A DNA stretch of 64,000 bases from Octopus sinensis (Eukaryota). The notes under the pieces are model-generated. The model had not been told where the DNA came from and searched no databases. It saw only the letters and a list, made by a program, of their open reading frames with translations. Positions 41,398 through 55,425 of this stretch are shown here, in pieces. Both the position numbers and the translations under genes were made by a program. The DNA is taken from positions 88,970,001 to 89,034,000 of the forward strand of contig NC_042997.1 of the NCBI RefSeq assembly GCF_006345805.1, written 5' to 3'. Within the stretch, counting starts at the first letter, position 1, and the number at the start of each line of letters is the position of its first letter.

Positions 41398-41908
41398 TTC
41401 CTTATCTTTGTTTTCCTTATCTAAGGAACAAAACCCAGAGCAAAAGTTTTACTTATGCAGTAGCTTCGAGTGAATTTTATTGAATCTTTTCTAGATCAAC
41501 ACATGGCGTTGGCATTCAAGTTTTATGAGATTGTTATACCTTCATGTTTGTACAATCCGAATCTGTGGCGGATGGTGTACTTTCTAAGAGTGTCAAGAAT
41601 AAACAATCTCATCATGCCGGTCGGTCACCTCAACTCCATTATAGCTCCTCACATGCTATAATGTGAAGAACTATAACATACATGCATTCGCACACATATG
41701 TGTATATATCTATGTATTATATGTGTGTGTGTTGTATGTACATACATACATGCATACATATACATGCATGCATACATAGATACATACATATATACATATG
41801 TACAGACATGTATATAAGGCGCGCCCTCTCACAGACATCCATTTATTTATATGTATGTATATATATAGATATGTGTGTATGCATATATATGTATATATAT
41901 ATGTATGT

Positions 41909-41968
<60 letters not shown>

Positions 41969-42036
41969 GTATGTATACATATATACATATATATATAGCG
42001 AGAGAGAGAGACATAGGCAGGCAGACAGACAGACAG

Positions 42037-42157
<121 letters not shown>

Positions 42158-43888
42158 CATCTAAAGAACCTCAGTTGGAGAAACTATAGACTGCCTTACA
42201 AATCTTCTCTCTGTTGCTAATAGATTGGATTTGGAGAATTCACATCAGTTTCTTTTGCCCTTTCTCCCCAAAACCTAGTATTTCTAGGTTTTTGTCTAAG
42301 TTTTTAGGTACATAACCTCACACACCTATGGTGATGGCTTCAAATGAGAATCTATAGTCGGAGTACAAGAGCTTTAAGTTCCGTGTTAATTCACCATAAA
42401 TGTTCTCCTATTCCTGGACTTTTGATGGTACATTCACATCTGTTGGACAGTTAACTTCTGTTCATGGCTTTTGTTTCCTGTCCTACAGAACAATATCAGC
42501 TCTGTTATATACGTGTGTGTATGTATACAACATGTATGTATGTATGTATGTATGTATGTATGTATGTATGTATGTACAGAAGTGAGCATACAAACTTTCT
42601 TATATACATATAAACACTATTACACGTATACACTTACACATGTATCTATGTATTTGTATGTGCGTGTATGCCTCGACGCATTTGTTCTTATAGATCTTAT
42701 TGACTGTAAAACATCATAAAATTGTTTTTAAAATCATTAACTTTATACAGGCATAACATAAAATTATATGCACACATAGATATTCACACACACATACACA
42801 GTCTGTCTCCTCCCTCCTTCTCTCTCTCTCTCACGCACACACACACACACACACACACACATTTCATTCATAAAAGGTGGAACGTTAAGTAACCGTAATG
42901 AGTATATCTGTCGTCAACAGCAATATACACACATACACAAACCCACACGCATATGCACACAAACATACACAAAAACACACACATAAACACGCGCACATTA
43001 CCTGGATGTACTCAAGCGAGCGAGCACATTTACACACCACCAGTATTATACGTCAGCTTGTAGTGATTTATGAATTATTCAACCATTCAACTGCAAATAA
43101 ACACACACACACACACACACACACACCACACACACACACACATCACACACATACAAATAAGAATGAAAAGTTTCAGACATTTATTTTTTCCACATATTAT
43201 ACCCAAAAAATGTAACTGTGATACGTTTATTAACACTCTAACAAAATCAATGACTAGCGAAACTTGGAAGTCACTGTCAACCTTGTCTTTGTCAACTGGA
43301 GTTATCCATAAATTAGTTATCTCTACTAAGATCTCTTCATCGCGACGACAATATATTGTATCTGAGAACCGGCTCCATTCTTGGACAAACATAAAGAGCG
43401 GAAGACTCATATTAGTCATTAAAAAAAAAAACCCTCAGTGACTACAGCTTAAAGGAACTGTATTTGTGGCCATGTTGCATGCAGTACGACAAAAATTTTC
43501 ACATCAAATAATAAATTATTAAATTAAGTTTGGAGTTTTTACGTGTTTTTGAATGACAAAAAGGAATCAACCACGCTGTAATTTCGTTCGCACGCACGGT
43601 CTCTGAACAAATCAATTGCCAGGCAAGTTCATATCCGAAATATAAAGAATTATTGCTCCAAGTGCCCCCTACAAAACTCGAGCTCACAACACATAACAAT
43701 GTTGCGACACAACTTTTTTAAAACTTAATTGATCCTTATTCAGCTTTGTTCCGGAAGAAATCAAAGAAGAAAAAGACACCATGACATTCAAACAGTACCA
43801 GGACCAATTCTTCCAAGATGCATCCACCGACGCCTGGATACATCTTGGCAAACAACTTCTCACTTGAGTGAACTATGATGCCCTAAAG

Positions 43889-44035
43889 CAAGTGTGGCCA
43901 ACCTGTAACCCATGAGATTTTCAGAATGGCAGGCCTAACGGAAAGTTACCTTCAACTTTTTTCAGAACTGCAGCCGTCTGATGATGAGCCATGACTCATA
44001 CGGCCCGCTTTTCTAAAAAAGGTGGCTCGTGCCTT
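43889..44035. mobile_element. hAT-type MITE
   Basis: Ends caagtgtggccaacc / ggtggctcgtgcctt; flanks ccctaaag / tcctaaaa. Confidence 0.65.
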
Positions 44036-44156
44036 TCCTAAAACTCGACTTAAAAAACTAACCCATGTGGTGCCGTTAAGTCAATTATCTAAGTTAATTA
44101 ACAGCAACAAATTGCCTTCATGCCTTTAATTTCTTTAATCATTCACTCATCTAGAG

Positions 44157-44528
44157 CAGTGGTACTCAACTAGGCTCCATATGTCTCCTGGGGGTACCAC
44201 AAAAGATTTTGGGGGATCCATACAAACTAAGTTGCAAACTGGGGATCCAGAGTAGTATATAAAGCAAGATATGAAATTGTCTTACTTCAGATATATTTAT
44301 AACAGGAAACTGCTAGGTCTCTTTCTATAATGCTGAACACTGAAACTTGTTCTCTCAGAAAGAGTTTTTATAAACCTACACAAGTGAATGAATGAAAAAC
44401 GAAATAGGAATTTTGAAAAAAGTACCTATAAAGCTAGTTTTTAAATACTGAATAGCTATGGAGGGCAACCAGAATAAAATAGCAATCAAAGGAGTCCATA
44501 GAAAAAAACAATTTGTTGAGAACCATTA
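44157..44528. mobile_element. hAT (Charlie-like) MITE, ~370 bp
   Basis: TIRs cagtggtactcaac / gttgagaaccatta; left flank atctagag. Confidence 0.65.
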
Positions 44529-44662
44529 ATTTGTAGCCTAAAATGTTACGGTACTGCATGATCGCCTCTATTTACCCCATATTAATGAAATCAGCCTAAG
44601 AAACAATTAGTGTTTGTATATATGCTTTTGAGTGTGTCTATGTATACATTTGTATGAGTGTA

Positions 44663-44720
<58 letters not shown>

Positions 44721-44864
44721 AATGTTTAGTATTAGACTTAACATAAAAATACTTATTACAGACTAGACGAAAATACTTACATGCACACACACACACACAC
44801 ATGCTTTTCCTTTTGAATGTATGTGATGTGTGACTATGCATACATACATACATACATACATAGA

Positions 44865-44922
<58 letters not shown>

Positions 44923-45262
44923 TGTATGTATGTATGTATGTATGTATGTGTGCATGTCTACATACACATATACTTATACAAACACACGTACGGATGTGTG
45001 TGTACACACACAAACACACAACATAGACATACATCCATTACATATTGCCGTGTATACAGTGATTTATAGTCGCTAATTTCAGTAGAATCTGACCTTTAGA
45101 ACACACTTGGCGGAAGTCCTGATTTTAGATCCCACGTCGCCAAGTACTCTATCATCATATACAGCTAGATCTGGTTAAGTCTGCTGAATCAGTACTGACC
45201 GAGACTGCAAAACACCCAGAACTGTGGGTTTTGCAACTCGGTGTGTGTGTGTAAGTGTGTGA

Positions 45263-45330
<68 letters not shown>

Positions 45331-45556
45331 TCTGCTCGCGTGTATGTGTGTGTGGTGTGTGTCTGCTCGCGTGTATGTGTGTGTGGTGTGTGTCTGCTCG
45401 CGTGTATGTGTATTCTGAATATATGCATACGCACACATTCACATATATGTATATATACACATGTATAGAAGCATATATGTATAAGTAATATAGATGTTTA
45501 TACACATAATATGTATGTATATATATCTGGATGTATAATATATATATATATAATAT

Positions 45557-45610
<54 letters not shown>

Positions 45611-45733
45611 CAGTGATCCATATGCTTAGCTCTATGCGGTTGAATGTGGATTATATGTATGATGTATGCTATGTATCTACCTACGTATGTATGCATGCAT
45701 GTATGTATGTATGTATGTATGTATGTATGTATG

Positions 45734-45764
<31 letters not shown>

Positions 45765-46009
45765 GTATACATGTATGTATGTGCGTATGTATATATATTG
45801 GTTGGTATGGGGATAAGTAAGTTGGTTGGTAGGTATGTACTACAAACCTACTCATATACGTAGGCATGCATACATGAACGAAAATATTTATTGGTATTTT
45901 ATGCATGCTTGTATATGTGACTGTATGAGGAAATAACTGTGTTCGTGCGAAAGCGTATATGTATTTGTGTGCGTTTGTTGTAACAACTCCAAGTCTATAT
46001 TGCAAAACG

Positions 46010-46054
<45 letters not shown>

Positions 46055-46641
46055 TTCTGTCTTTGTGTGAGTTTATGTGCATATGTATGAGTGTGTGTAA
46101 GTGTGTCTGTGTCTCTGTTTTCTCTTCCTGTAATCGGTAATGTATATGCATATAGATAGTGACAACGGAACGAATTTGGTTTTATGAAAATGTAATAAAT
46201 GCAAATTGCATATTTCCTTTCATTCATAATATGTGTATATATAATGTACAAATGTTTACATTCGCTACAAAGCGAAACTGTCCCAATATGTTGACTATTT
46301 ATATACGAGAATGAATAAAATGTGAAAAACCCAGCGATTATGAATCGCTCAAGCCGATAGAAAAAGCATTCAAATTTGACCTGAAAACGTACTCACGCGC
46401 TAGTGCGGATAAATATAGCCAATTGCTTGACCTTTCAGTGATTAGTTAAATCGATCAGCAGTTGATCAGCTCTATTGACCTCTAGAGGAGAGAACAGGCG
46501 ATTGAGTCGATCCCGAAAGAATTCAATGAGTAGTCGACTTTAACGTGATTTGAACCTAGAACGTCTAAAGCTGAAGCAAACAAAATATCGGAAGCCATTT
46601 TGAGCAACGTTCTAAGAATTCTGATAGTCCCCCCACCTTAA

Positions 46642-46838
46642 CCCTTTAGCATTTAAACTGGTCATATCCGACCTGCTTTATGTTTGAACCAAGCAGATCC
46701 AACCTCACAGATCTCTACAACGTCATTCTAAAAATAAATAATCACGTTCATTGAAATTTTGAAGCTATGAGATAATGCACAATTAATTTAAAACTATGTG
46801 AATTAAATATTTGACAGAGTATTTTGAAAGCTAAAGGG
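46642..46838. mobile_element. piggyBac-type MITE, 197 bp
   Basis: TTAA|CCCTTTAGCATT ... AAAGCTAAAGGG|TTAA (TTAA TSD at 46638-46641 and 46839-46842). Confidence 0.85.
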
Positions 46839-47410
46839 TTAAATCATAGCATTATTAACTTGAAAAAAAAAAGAACACAGTTAATGTATTCTGGAGTAAA
46901 ACATGTCTGGTAAAAAGATGGGATGATCACAAATAAAACAGATGTAATTGTAGGTCTGTTCGATTAGGATTGACCTAGGGCTAAACAACAACATCAAAAA
47001 CAACAACAGTTCCAATTAAGGTATTGCTATCGTGATCAATGTACTATGAATGTGTCTTTAATAAGAATTCACTCATATATCTGCACACAATAAATTTTGT
47101 GTTCATTTTGAATCTTTACAAATGCACAGTTCGTGTCACGTCTATTTGTTTTGATTTGACTTCATTTAACATCGTGAAGTCTTTTCCATGTTATAAAAAT
47201 AGCATTGTGTCTTTGCAGGAAAGCGCCAAACAGAAAGACGTAAGTTTAAGTCCTGTAGAATCTTACGTTTGTAATCGCACTTAAATACATATTCATTCGG
47301 TGACCACATTTTATTTTGCTCCAAAATGTTAAACATGCATTTTTGTTCAAGTTTAGATAACCCCCAAATAGATTAGATTTAATGGTATATTTGCGTGTGC
47401 GTGTGTGTGC

Positions 47411-47496
<86 letters not shown>

Positions 47497-47544
47497 CCTG
47501 TGTGCGTACGTGTATGTGTGGGTGAGCATTTCCCTGAAATTAAT

Positions 47545-48170
47545 ATATGTAAAACTCGCCTAAATCAATGCATGCGATATAGTATAGACATAATCTGGCT
47601 TCATAAAGAAGTACGTAGATATATAATTCAAAAACTACTGACCACCACCATATTTGACTTAATAAAAGCTTGCAAGACCTTTATAAAAAAATGTAAATGA
47701 TAGTAGGTTGTTGTGGAAAGAGTATTGGAACGTAGAAAACACTTATTTCAATACTCTTTTTCCTTTACAACTTTACAACCTGTTTGGTGTGAAGAAGGTA
47801 CATTTAAACCATCTTCTGAGGCTCTTAGAAATATTATCTTAGAATTTAGTGAGAGCATCTTTAAAAGAAAATGCAATGAGTCATTTAACAAGATTAAGTT
47901 GTTCAAGCATGTCTGGAACTGATAAATGGAAGTTGATTATTAGGACGAGATCTTGGCAATATCGTTCCAGTTTCTTAGCTCTTTGCGATAGTTACAAGAA
48001 TGTGTTGTTGGCACTTGATATGCTTAACAAAGAACTAATGAGATGAGGTGGATGTGAAGTTCCAATATTTGTTAAAGGAGGTCCTGTTGTTGCTTTATTT
48101 GAAAAAAATATGCTAGGAATTTATGAGAAACTTTAATCAATTTTACGGTATTGCCACGATTTTCAACAAC
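47545..48170 (+). mobile_element. Degraded hAT transposase remnant (ZMYM1-like group)
   Basis: RTRSWQYRSSFLALCDSYKNVLLALDML resembles the hAT TRW..R..A...L...Y..I..AL block; many stops and frameshifts. Confidence 0.4.
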
Positions 48171-48203
48171 GAATTACTTCATTCTGTAATATTTGTTCAC
48201 AAT

Positions 48204-48361
48204 AAGGCTACGAGCTGACAGAAACGTTCAAATTCCACCGAGGTCGATTTGCCTTTCATCCTTTGGGGGTTGATAAATTAAGTACCAGTTACGTACCGGG
48301 GTCGATCTAATCGATTGGCCTCTCACCAAAAATTTCGGGCCTTGTGCCCAGAATAGAAAAG
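48204..48361 (+). mobile_element. SINE family B, tail type b, internal deletion, with TSD
   Basis: TSD aatatttg[t/c]tcaca at 48188-48201 and 48362-48375. Confidence 0.85.
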
Positions 48362-49495
48362 AATATTTGCTCACACTCCGGGTCGGATACAAATAACCAA
48401 CCACTCGTACCCAATCGACTTTGAATTAAGTTAAGACTAAACAGAGAATGCATATTTTAGATTTTTTTAGTATTCTTTGATCAACTCCAATTCATCCTTA
48501 AAAGGAAATCTAAATTTCAAAAACATTCTATGCAAGTTATTTTAATGATTCGGATTGTATTTGTCTAGCAAATGTCTAAATCAGATATTGTGAGCTGTAT
48601 TTGTTTGGCAGTGATATTATATTGTAACTTCTTTGGCAAGTGTCTTAAGAATGTGTGAGTTATTTGTTTGGCAAGTGTCTTTAGCAGAGATTTTGTCTTG
48701 TATTTCTTTGGCAAGTATTTTGATTTGACATTGTATGTTGTATTTCTATGGTAAATGTCTTCAGTTAATATCGTGTGTTGAAATTGAAACGATTGCATTT
48801 TGGACGAGTCATGTTAGTAATTTTAAATATTTACGCTACAGTAATTTTTGCTGCAGTAGACCTGTTCACAAATGGAACTGTGTCAGTGACTAGAATGAGA
48901 ATGTACGACGAAACATTTTGACAACTCTATAGCAGTCTTTTTCAACCACTGTATCACGTATCATCCGCAGATGTGACGCATATTTTTTAGATGAGTCGGT
49001 ATATATCAGGATATTTGTAACACCTGAGTATTTTTTAACACACCATACAATTTACATGTGCATTTATAAGCTTCGAGATACAATGCGTACATCCATCTTG
49101 TTTTTAAATAATTTTAAACTAGCTTCTTCTTCCTTTTCTTTATATAATAAAACTTTCGAAAAGCTAATAGTGCAGTGTAACACCTTTAGCATCTTATTTA
49201 GTGTGGCGTGGTTAAGAAAAGGTTCAAAATCGCTGATTTATAGAATACATATAGTTTACATAACTGCGAAAACTGACAACAGTGAAAATAATGGCATATG
49301 TGTGTCATAAACGGCTAGCATGATTCTTCCATGGTGTAAGTTGATTATTCTAAATTGTAAATTGACAATTTATGAGTTCTTTCAATAACACCAATCAATA
49401 GGTCACCTCACAAACTAACCAAAATATTGAGGAACCTTCAACGGAATGATCAGTTGGATTACAGACAAATTACAGCTTCACTTGTATAAAATATT

Positions 49496-49709
49496 GGTTT
49501 CAAACTTTGACATAAGGCCAGTAAGTTCGGAGGAGGGGTCAAGTCGATTACATCGACCCCAGTGCTCAAATAGTACTTATTTTATTAAGTACGACAGGAC
49601 GAAAGGCAAAGTCGACCTCGACGGAATTAGAACTCAGAATGGAACGACGGGCGAAATACCGCCAAGCATTTCGCCCGGCATGTTAACGTTTCTGCCAGCT
49701 CACCGCCTT
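49496..49709 (-). mobile_element. SINE family B, tail type c
   Basis: Flanked by cttgtat[a/g]aaatatt at 49481-49495 and 49711-49725. Confidence 0.85.
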
Positions 49710-49725
49710 GCTTGTATGAAATATT

Positions 49726-50132
49726 CTTTTCTACTCTAGGCACAAGGACCGAAATCTTGGAGGGAGGGGTGCAGTAGATGAGAACGACCCAGTACACAAT
49801 TGGTACTTAATATATCGACCCCGAAAGGATGAAAGGCAAAGTCGACCACGGTGGAATTTAAACTCAGAACGTAAAAACAGACGAAATACCTATTTCTTTA
49901 CTGCCCACAAGGGGCTATACACAGAGGGGACAAACAAGGACAGACAAACGGATTAAGTCGATTATATCGACCCCAGTGCGTAACTGGTACTTATTTAATC
50001 GACCCCGAAAGGATGACCCCGAAAGGATGAAAAGTCGACCTCGGCGGAATTTGGACTCAGAACGTAACGGCAGACGAAATACGGCTACGCATTTCGCCCG
50101 GCGGGCTAGCGATTCTGCCAGCTCGCCGCCTT
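49726..50132 (-). mobile_element. Dimeric SINE: full B (tail a) + head-less B (tail b)
   Basis: Junction gtaaagaaata|ggtatttcgtc (minus strand). Whole unit flanked by gcttgtatgaaatatt at 49710-49725 and 50133-50148. Confidence 0.85.
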
Positions 50133-50646
50133 GCTTGTATGAAATATTGCAAGAGCGATACAGTTAGTCGCTTATGACGACACTTCACGTTCAGTATTCA
50201 AAACATTATAGTGAATAGAGCAAGACAGAGATGAACAATAAGTTTTCACTTTTGGAATTCTCTTTCCATTTTGCTACCGTGGGTATCTCTGTGCTTGTGT
50301 GTATCAGTGCACTCGCTCGTGTACGAAAACATACACAGCACAATGGCTTAGAGGTTTGCTTCATAAACAAGATGCCCTCTATTGGAACCCACTGCATAAC
50401 ATATTGGGTCAGCAGTTTCTATTATAGTCTCACGTTGACCAAAATCTTGTGAGTAAAATATGGTAAATGGACACCGTGCGGAATCCTGCCACATGGGCTG
50501 CGAATATATTACTCAGCCACCTCAACTATTATACGAGGAATAGGTAGCTACAATGATGGAGCTACTAGAATACCCACGGTCGACATTGACACAATATTTC
50601 TTTATTTTGTGTCTGCATATTCACACACACACATACGTATATACAT

Positions 50647-50679
<33 letters not shown>

Positions 50680-50866
50680 GAGAGAGAGAGAGAGAAGAGA
50701 GAGATAAATATACATACATATACCTATATATATATGTGTGTATATATATATATACGTATATTTATGGTATATATGTATGTATATATATATGTGTGTGTGT
50801 GTGCGTGTGTATGATATATATATACATATATATGTACATATATATATAATTATACATATATATACA

Positions 50867-50934
50867 TACGATGGGTGTATAAAAAAAACAAAATCATGTT
50901 TTGTTTTTTTTTTGTTTTTTTTACCCCCCTCGTA
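50867..50934. mobile_element. 68-bp hairpin with mariner-type ends (mini-MITE)
   Basis: tacgatgggtgtataaaaaaaacaaaa ... ttttgtttttttttacccccctcgta, set in (TA)n. Confidence 0.5.
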
Positions 50935-50940
50935 TATTGT

Positions 50941-51065
<125 letters not shown>

Positions 51066-51319
51066 GAGGGGTGTATTTGGCAAGTTCTAGAGAGGAACGA
51101 AAGCGCTAATAATAATGAATAAATAAAAAGGATCTTTTTCCAAAATTCTGACGACTTCTTTTTCTCAATATGTATATATATATATGTGTTGTGTGTGTGT
51201 GTGTGTGTGCGCGCGCGCGCGCGTGCGTGCGTGCGTGCGTGTATACATATATATAAACAATATGGGTGGCTACTTCGCAATTTAACAACCTAAAGGCAAA
51301 CGTATGTATTTCTGCTTTT

Positions 51320-51373
<54 letters not shown>

Positions 51374-51524
51374 TACCTCATGTTTGCCTCTCTATGTGTA
51401 TTAGTAATAGAATTTAAGTAAGATGAATCTAAAAAGTTTTACAGTGAGCCTGCGTATTATACGCGTTGTGCCTAAATGTATTTATGAATGAATGCGTGCA
51501 TGCATGTATGTATACACACAAGCG

Positions 51525-51915
51525 TGCATACACATCTGGGACAGTGCTGATGCTGCATACACAGACATTCTAGACCGCATCCAGAACAGAGCCACTCGAC
51601 TGACTGACTTAAACTCACGTTTACAGACACGTTCCAGCCTTTGGCTAACAAGTATGCTGCCTCCTCTCTGTCTTTTTCACAGCAACTACAATGGCTTCTC
51701 TTCTTCGGAGATAGATGGGTTCAATACGCCTCTACCCAGGAATTCCCGAGCTATGTCTCTTATACCCTTGTTGTTTTACAATCCAAACTACTATTCCCTA
51801 ACCTCCCTTCCCAGAACTTCTTCCCCACTGGTGCTAATTCCCTGCCCATCTTTTTTCCACGGATGTTGACATACAATATTTCAAGAATATTTTACAACAT
51901 TAGCTTCGGATGGTC
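51525..51915 (+). mobile_element. CR1/Jockey-superfamily LINE 3' ORF remnant
   Basis: HIWDSADAAYTDILDRIQNRATRL..SSLCLFHSNYNG..SSEI resembles the post-RT block HIW....LDRIQ.RA.RLI...SL..F..YY.G. Confidence 0.65.
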
Positions 51916-52300
51916 AGGGAAGGCCCGCATGCACTTCCACAGACCGAGCAAATCACAACAACAAAGAAATGCACAAGAACAAAAATAAATAGAAAAATAA
52001 ATAAAAAGATGGAATCGACAGACTTGGGCGATTACCACACCCTGCAGCTCCATGCAAATATAATTAGTATCTAACAGGTTTTTTCAATTTTGTGATTTTT
52101 CGCAAATTAGACGGCGTATGGTGGATCCATTTTAATAATTGAGAAACCTCTCCCGTAGAGATCCTGGCTACGCCCATGATGTGTGTGTGCCCGTGCGCGT
52201 TTCTGTTCGTAAAGTGTTTTTGGTATGAAACTAGATTCACATGTAACTTCTATAGTATTCTCAACTATATATATATATATATATATTCTCAACTATATAT

Positions 52301-52355
<55 letters not shown>

Positions 52356-52380
52356 ACAACTATATATATATATATATATA

Positions 52381-52418
<38 letters not shown>

Positions 52419-52468
52419 AAGAGAGGGAGAGAAGAGAGGGAGATAGATAGATAGATAGATAGATAGAT

Positions 52469-52538
<70 letters not shown>

Positions 52539-52541
<3 letters not shown>

Positions 52542-53429
52542 GATCATCTCACAAATAATGCGGTTTTTTTAATACTTCTTTTATTATTCAAAAATAAGAT
52601 AAACAAAGTTCTATTTTAATCTAAAATATACTCTCCTTCATTTTCTACAATGCTCTTCCATCTATCTGATAGACTTGCAAGACTCCTCTTCCAAAATTCA
52701 CTTCTCCGTGACGAAGAATACTCCTCCACTACTGTTCTGACCTCATCTACAGAATTCATATTTTTTCAGTCCGAATGATTTTGAAGACTGCAGAATAAAT
52801 GATAATCAGATGGGGCAATGTCCGACGAATATGCTGGGTTGGGCATCGTTTCCTATTCAAACTGCTCCAGCCTTCGGAATGTCATCCTCGCTGAATGTGG
52901 CCGAGCATTATCCTGATGGAAGAACACTTTTCGTCTTGAAACAAAAGATGGTCGTTTTTCATCTACCGCTGGTGTCGATGACTGGTTGAATGACCAAATC
53001 CAAGCTTCTCTGCTACTTCCTCAACAGTTACGATGGGATTTTGTTCGACCAGGGTTTGCAGAACTTTACGCTCGTCTTTTAGGGTGTAGCTTCAGGCTCG
53101 GAATTTCTGGAACCACCGTTGACACTGATTTACACTTATTCTCTGATCCCCATATACTGCACTAATATTCCTCGCAATTTTTCTTTGCGTTGTTGCCTTT
53201 ATTGAACTCATAAAGCAAAATATGCCGAATATACTCCATTGTCACTTTCATTATAGCTTTGGAAAAATAAATGTTAAAATCGAACTGCACTCTTCCAAAA
53301 CTTGCACTAAGAATAAAGGCAAGGTAAAATCACTACCTGCTTTTGTAGCACTTTGACGCAGGTAGTTTATCGGGTTCCCCTTCGATTTTAGTTCAATTGA
53401 AAAAAGCGCATTTTTATGGGATGACCCAA
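52539..53429 (-). mobile_element. Mariner (DD34D) transposon, internally deleted, both TIRs present
   Basis: TIRs taggatcatctcacaaataatgcggtttttt / aaaaaagcgcatttttatgggatgacccaa. ATG at 53251: MKVTMEYIRHILLYEFNKG..QRWFQKFR, then FHQDNARPH, PAYSSDIAPSDYHLF, stop 52616-52618. First catalytic D region deleted; stops present. Confidence 0.9.
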
Positions 53430-53435
53430 TATATA

Positions 53436-53505
<70 letters not shown>

Positions 53506-53537
53506 TACATGTCTGTATGTATATTTACATACATATG

Positions 53538-53581
<44 letters not shown>

Positions 53582-53684
53582 GCATATATACATACATTAC
53601 ATAGATACATGCATACATACATACATACATACATACATACATACATACATACATACATACATACATACATACATACATACATAC

Positions 53685-54170
53685 AAGTCATATTCACTCA
53701 TAATAAAAAGGAGTACTGGTGAAATGTCTCAGTGAAAACCTCAATAAAATATAAGCGCAACACATCTGATATAATGTTTAAGATAGAGAAGAGAAACTGC
53801 ACAATTGTCGAAATTAGCTATCCAGCGAATACTAACATAAAGCTGAAGATCAGTGAAAAAGAGAATATCTATGCTGCACTATTGAGAAATCTGCAGTTAC
53901 TCTATCCAGGTTACAAGTTCAGGTTTACGCTTGTAATTATTGGGGCCCTGAGATATGTAACACGTTGCTTAAATATCAATCTTGAGAAATTAGGCTTCTC
54001 AAATCCAGAAAGAAGAAAACTAATTCGAAGACTACAGATCCAATTCATCACTGGAACTGTAAAAATCTGTAAAACTTTCCAGAAGTTTATCATTTAAATA
54101 TATATGAGCAACTCTAGATATGCAACTATATGCATTAGAATACATACATAAAGCAAAACATACAAATTTG
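53685..54170 (+). mobile_element. 5'-truncated RLE-bearing non-LTR retrotransposon (R2 superfamily) inside an (ATAC)n tract
   Basis: [76 protein letters not shown] (degenerate PD..E..K RLE, stop 54095-54097). (ATAC)n at ~53611-53684 and ~54170-54262. Confidence 0.85.
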
Positions 54171-54651
54171 CACATATACATACGTACGTACATACAAACA
54201 AACATACATACATACATACATACATCATACATACATACATACATACATACATACATACATACAAAATACCCTGTTATTGATGTTAAAATTCCAATGAAGG
54301 AGCCTCGAATCTAGGTTAGAAACCAGCTCTTTCTCTATTGGCAAAAAATCATTAAATAAAACTGAACAATGACTTACATGCATGCATACATACATAATAC
54401 ACACATACATATAAAAGAGGGAGGGAGAATAGATTTAGAACGTAATTGATTAAATAGGAGAGAAAGGAAGGGTGCGGAGTTAGAGGGAAAGTGGGGAGAT
54501 AGAGAGAGATAAAGGGAGAGAGAGGAAACATAGAGAACGACGAAGCTGGAGGTAGATATAGGGAGAGAGTCTGTGAAATCAGAATTTGTGGTGTGGCTGA
54601 ATCCAGTAAATTCAGACAGTGGCAGACAGACAGGCAGACAGGTAGATAGAC

Positions 54652-54726
<75 letters not shown>

Positions 54727-55032
54727 TAGATAGATAGACTGGATGAGAAAAGTTAAAGGGAGAAAATAGAGGATGTGATGTAACAAAAAGTGAGAAAGAT
54801 AGAGAATACGGAAAAGAACTATATGTAAGGGGGGATGAGATGTAGAAGAAAGAGGGAGTGAGGTAATTAACTAAGTGGTGGTAATAGGGGAGGTAAGTCA
54901 TGATAAATTGTGCTGGAGGAGGAAAAGGTAGAGGGAAAAGGGAAAGAGACACAGGGGGGTGGGGAGTGAGATGATATGACGTTGCGGTTGTTCAACCCGA
55001 GGTCAACCATGAAAGCGTTTAATATTTTGTAG

Positions 55033-55425
55033 ACGGCGAGCTGGCAGAGACGTTAGCTGGCCGGGCGAAATGCGTAGCCGTATTTCGTCTGCCGCTACGT
55101 TCTGAGTTCAAATTCCGCCGAGGTTGACTTTGCCTTTCATCCTTTCGGGGTCGATTAAATAAGTACCAGTTACGCACTGGGTTCGATGTAATCGACTTAA
55201 TCCGTTTGTCTGTCCTTGTTTGTCCCCTCTGTGTGTAGCCCCTTGTGGGCAGTAAAGAAAAAGAAATAGGTATTTCGTCGTTCTAAGTTCAAATTCCCCC
55301 CGAGGTCGACTTTGCTTTTCATCCTTTCGGAGTCGATAAATTAAGTACCAGTTGCGTACTGGGTTCGATTTAATCGACTGGACCTCTCCCCCAAAATTTC
55401 GGTCCTTGTGCCTAGAGTAGAAAAT
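55033..55425 (+). mobile_element. Dimeric SINE, second copy (B tail a + head-less B tail b)
   Basis: Same junction as 49726-50132: gtaaagaaa(aagaaa)ta|ggtatttcgtc at ~55255-55280. Confidence 0.85.

Noticed and set aside
43087-43441. Overlapping ORFs on both strands
   Set aside because: Partly microsatellite; no convincing donor and no recognisable product.
48604-48716. Four tttggca motifs as a regulatory cluster or CRISPR-like array
   Set aside because: Irregular spacing (28, 35, 40 bp) and related spacers indicate a decayed minisatellite; no CRISPR features anywhere in the window.
50231-50452. Hydrophobic ORF ending near a gtgagt donor (GPCR-like guess)
   Set aside because: Similarity too vague and no clear acceptor.
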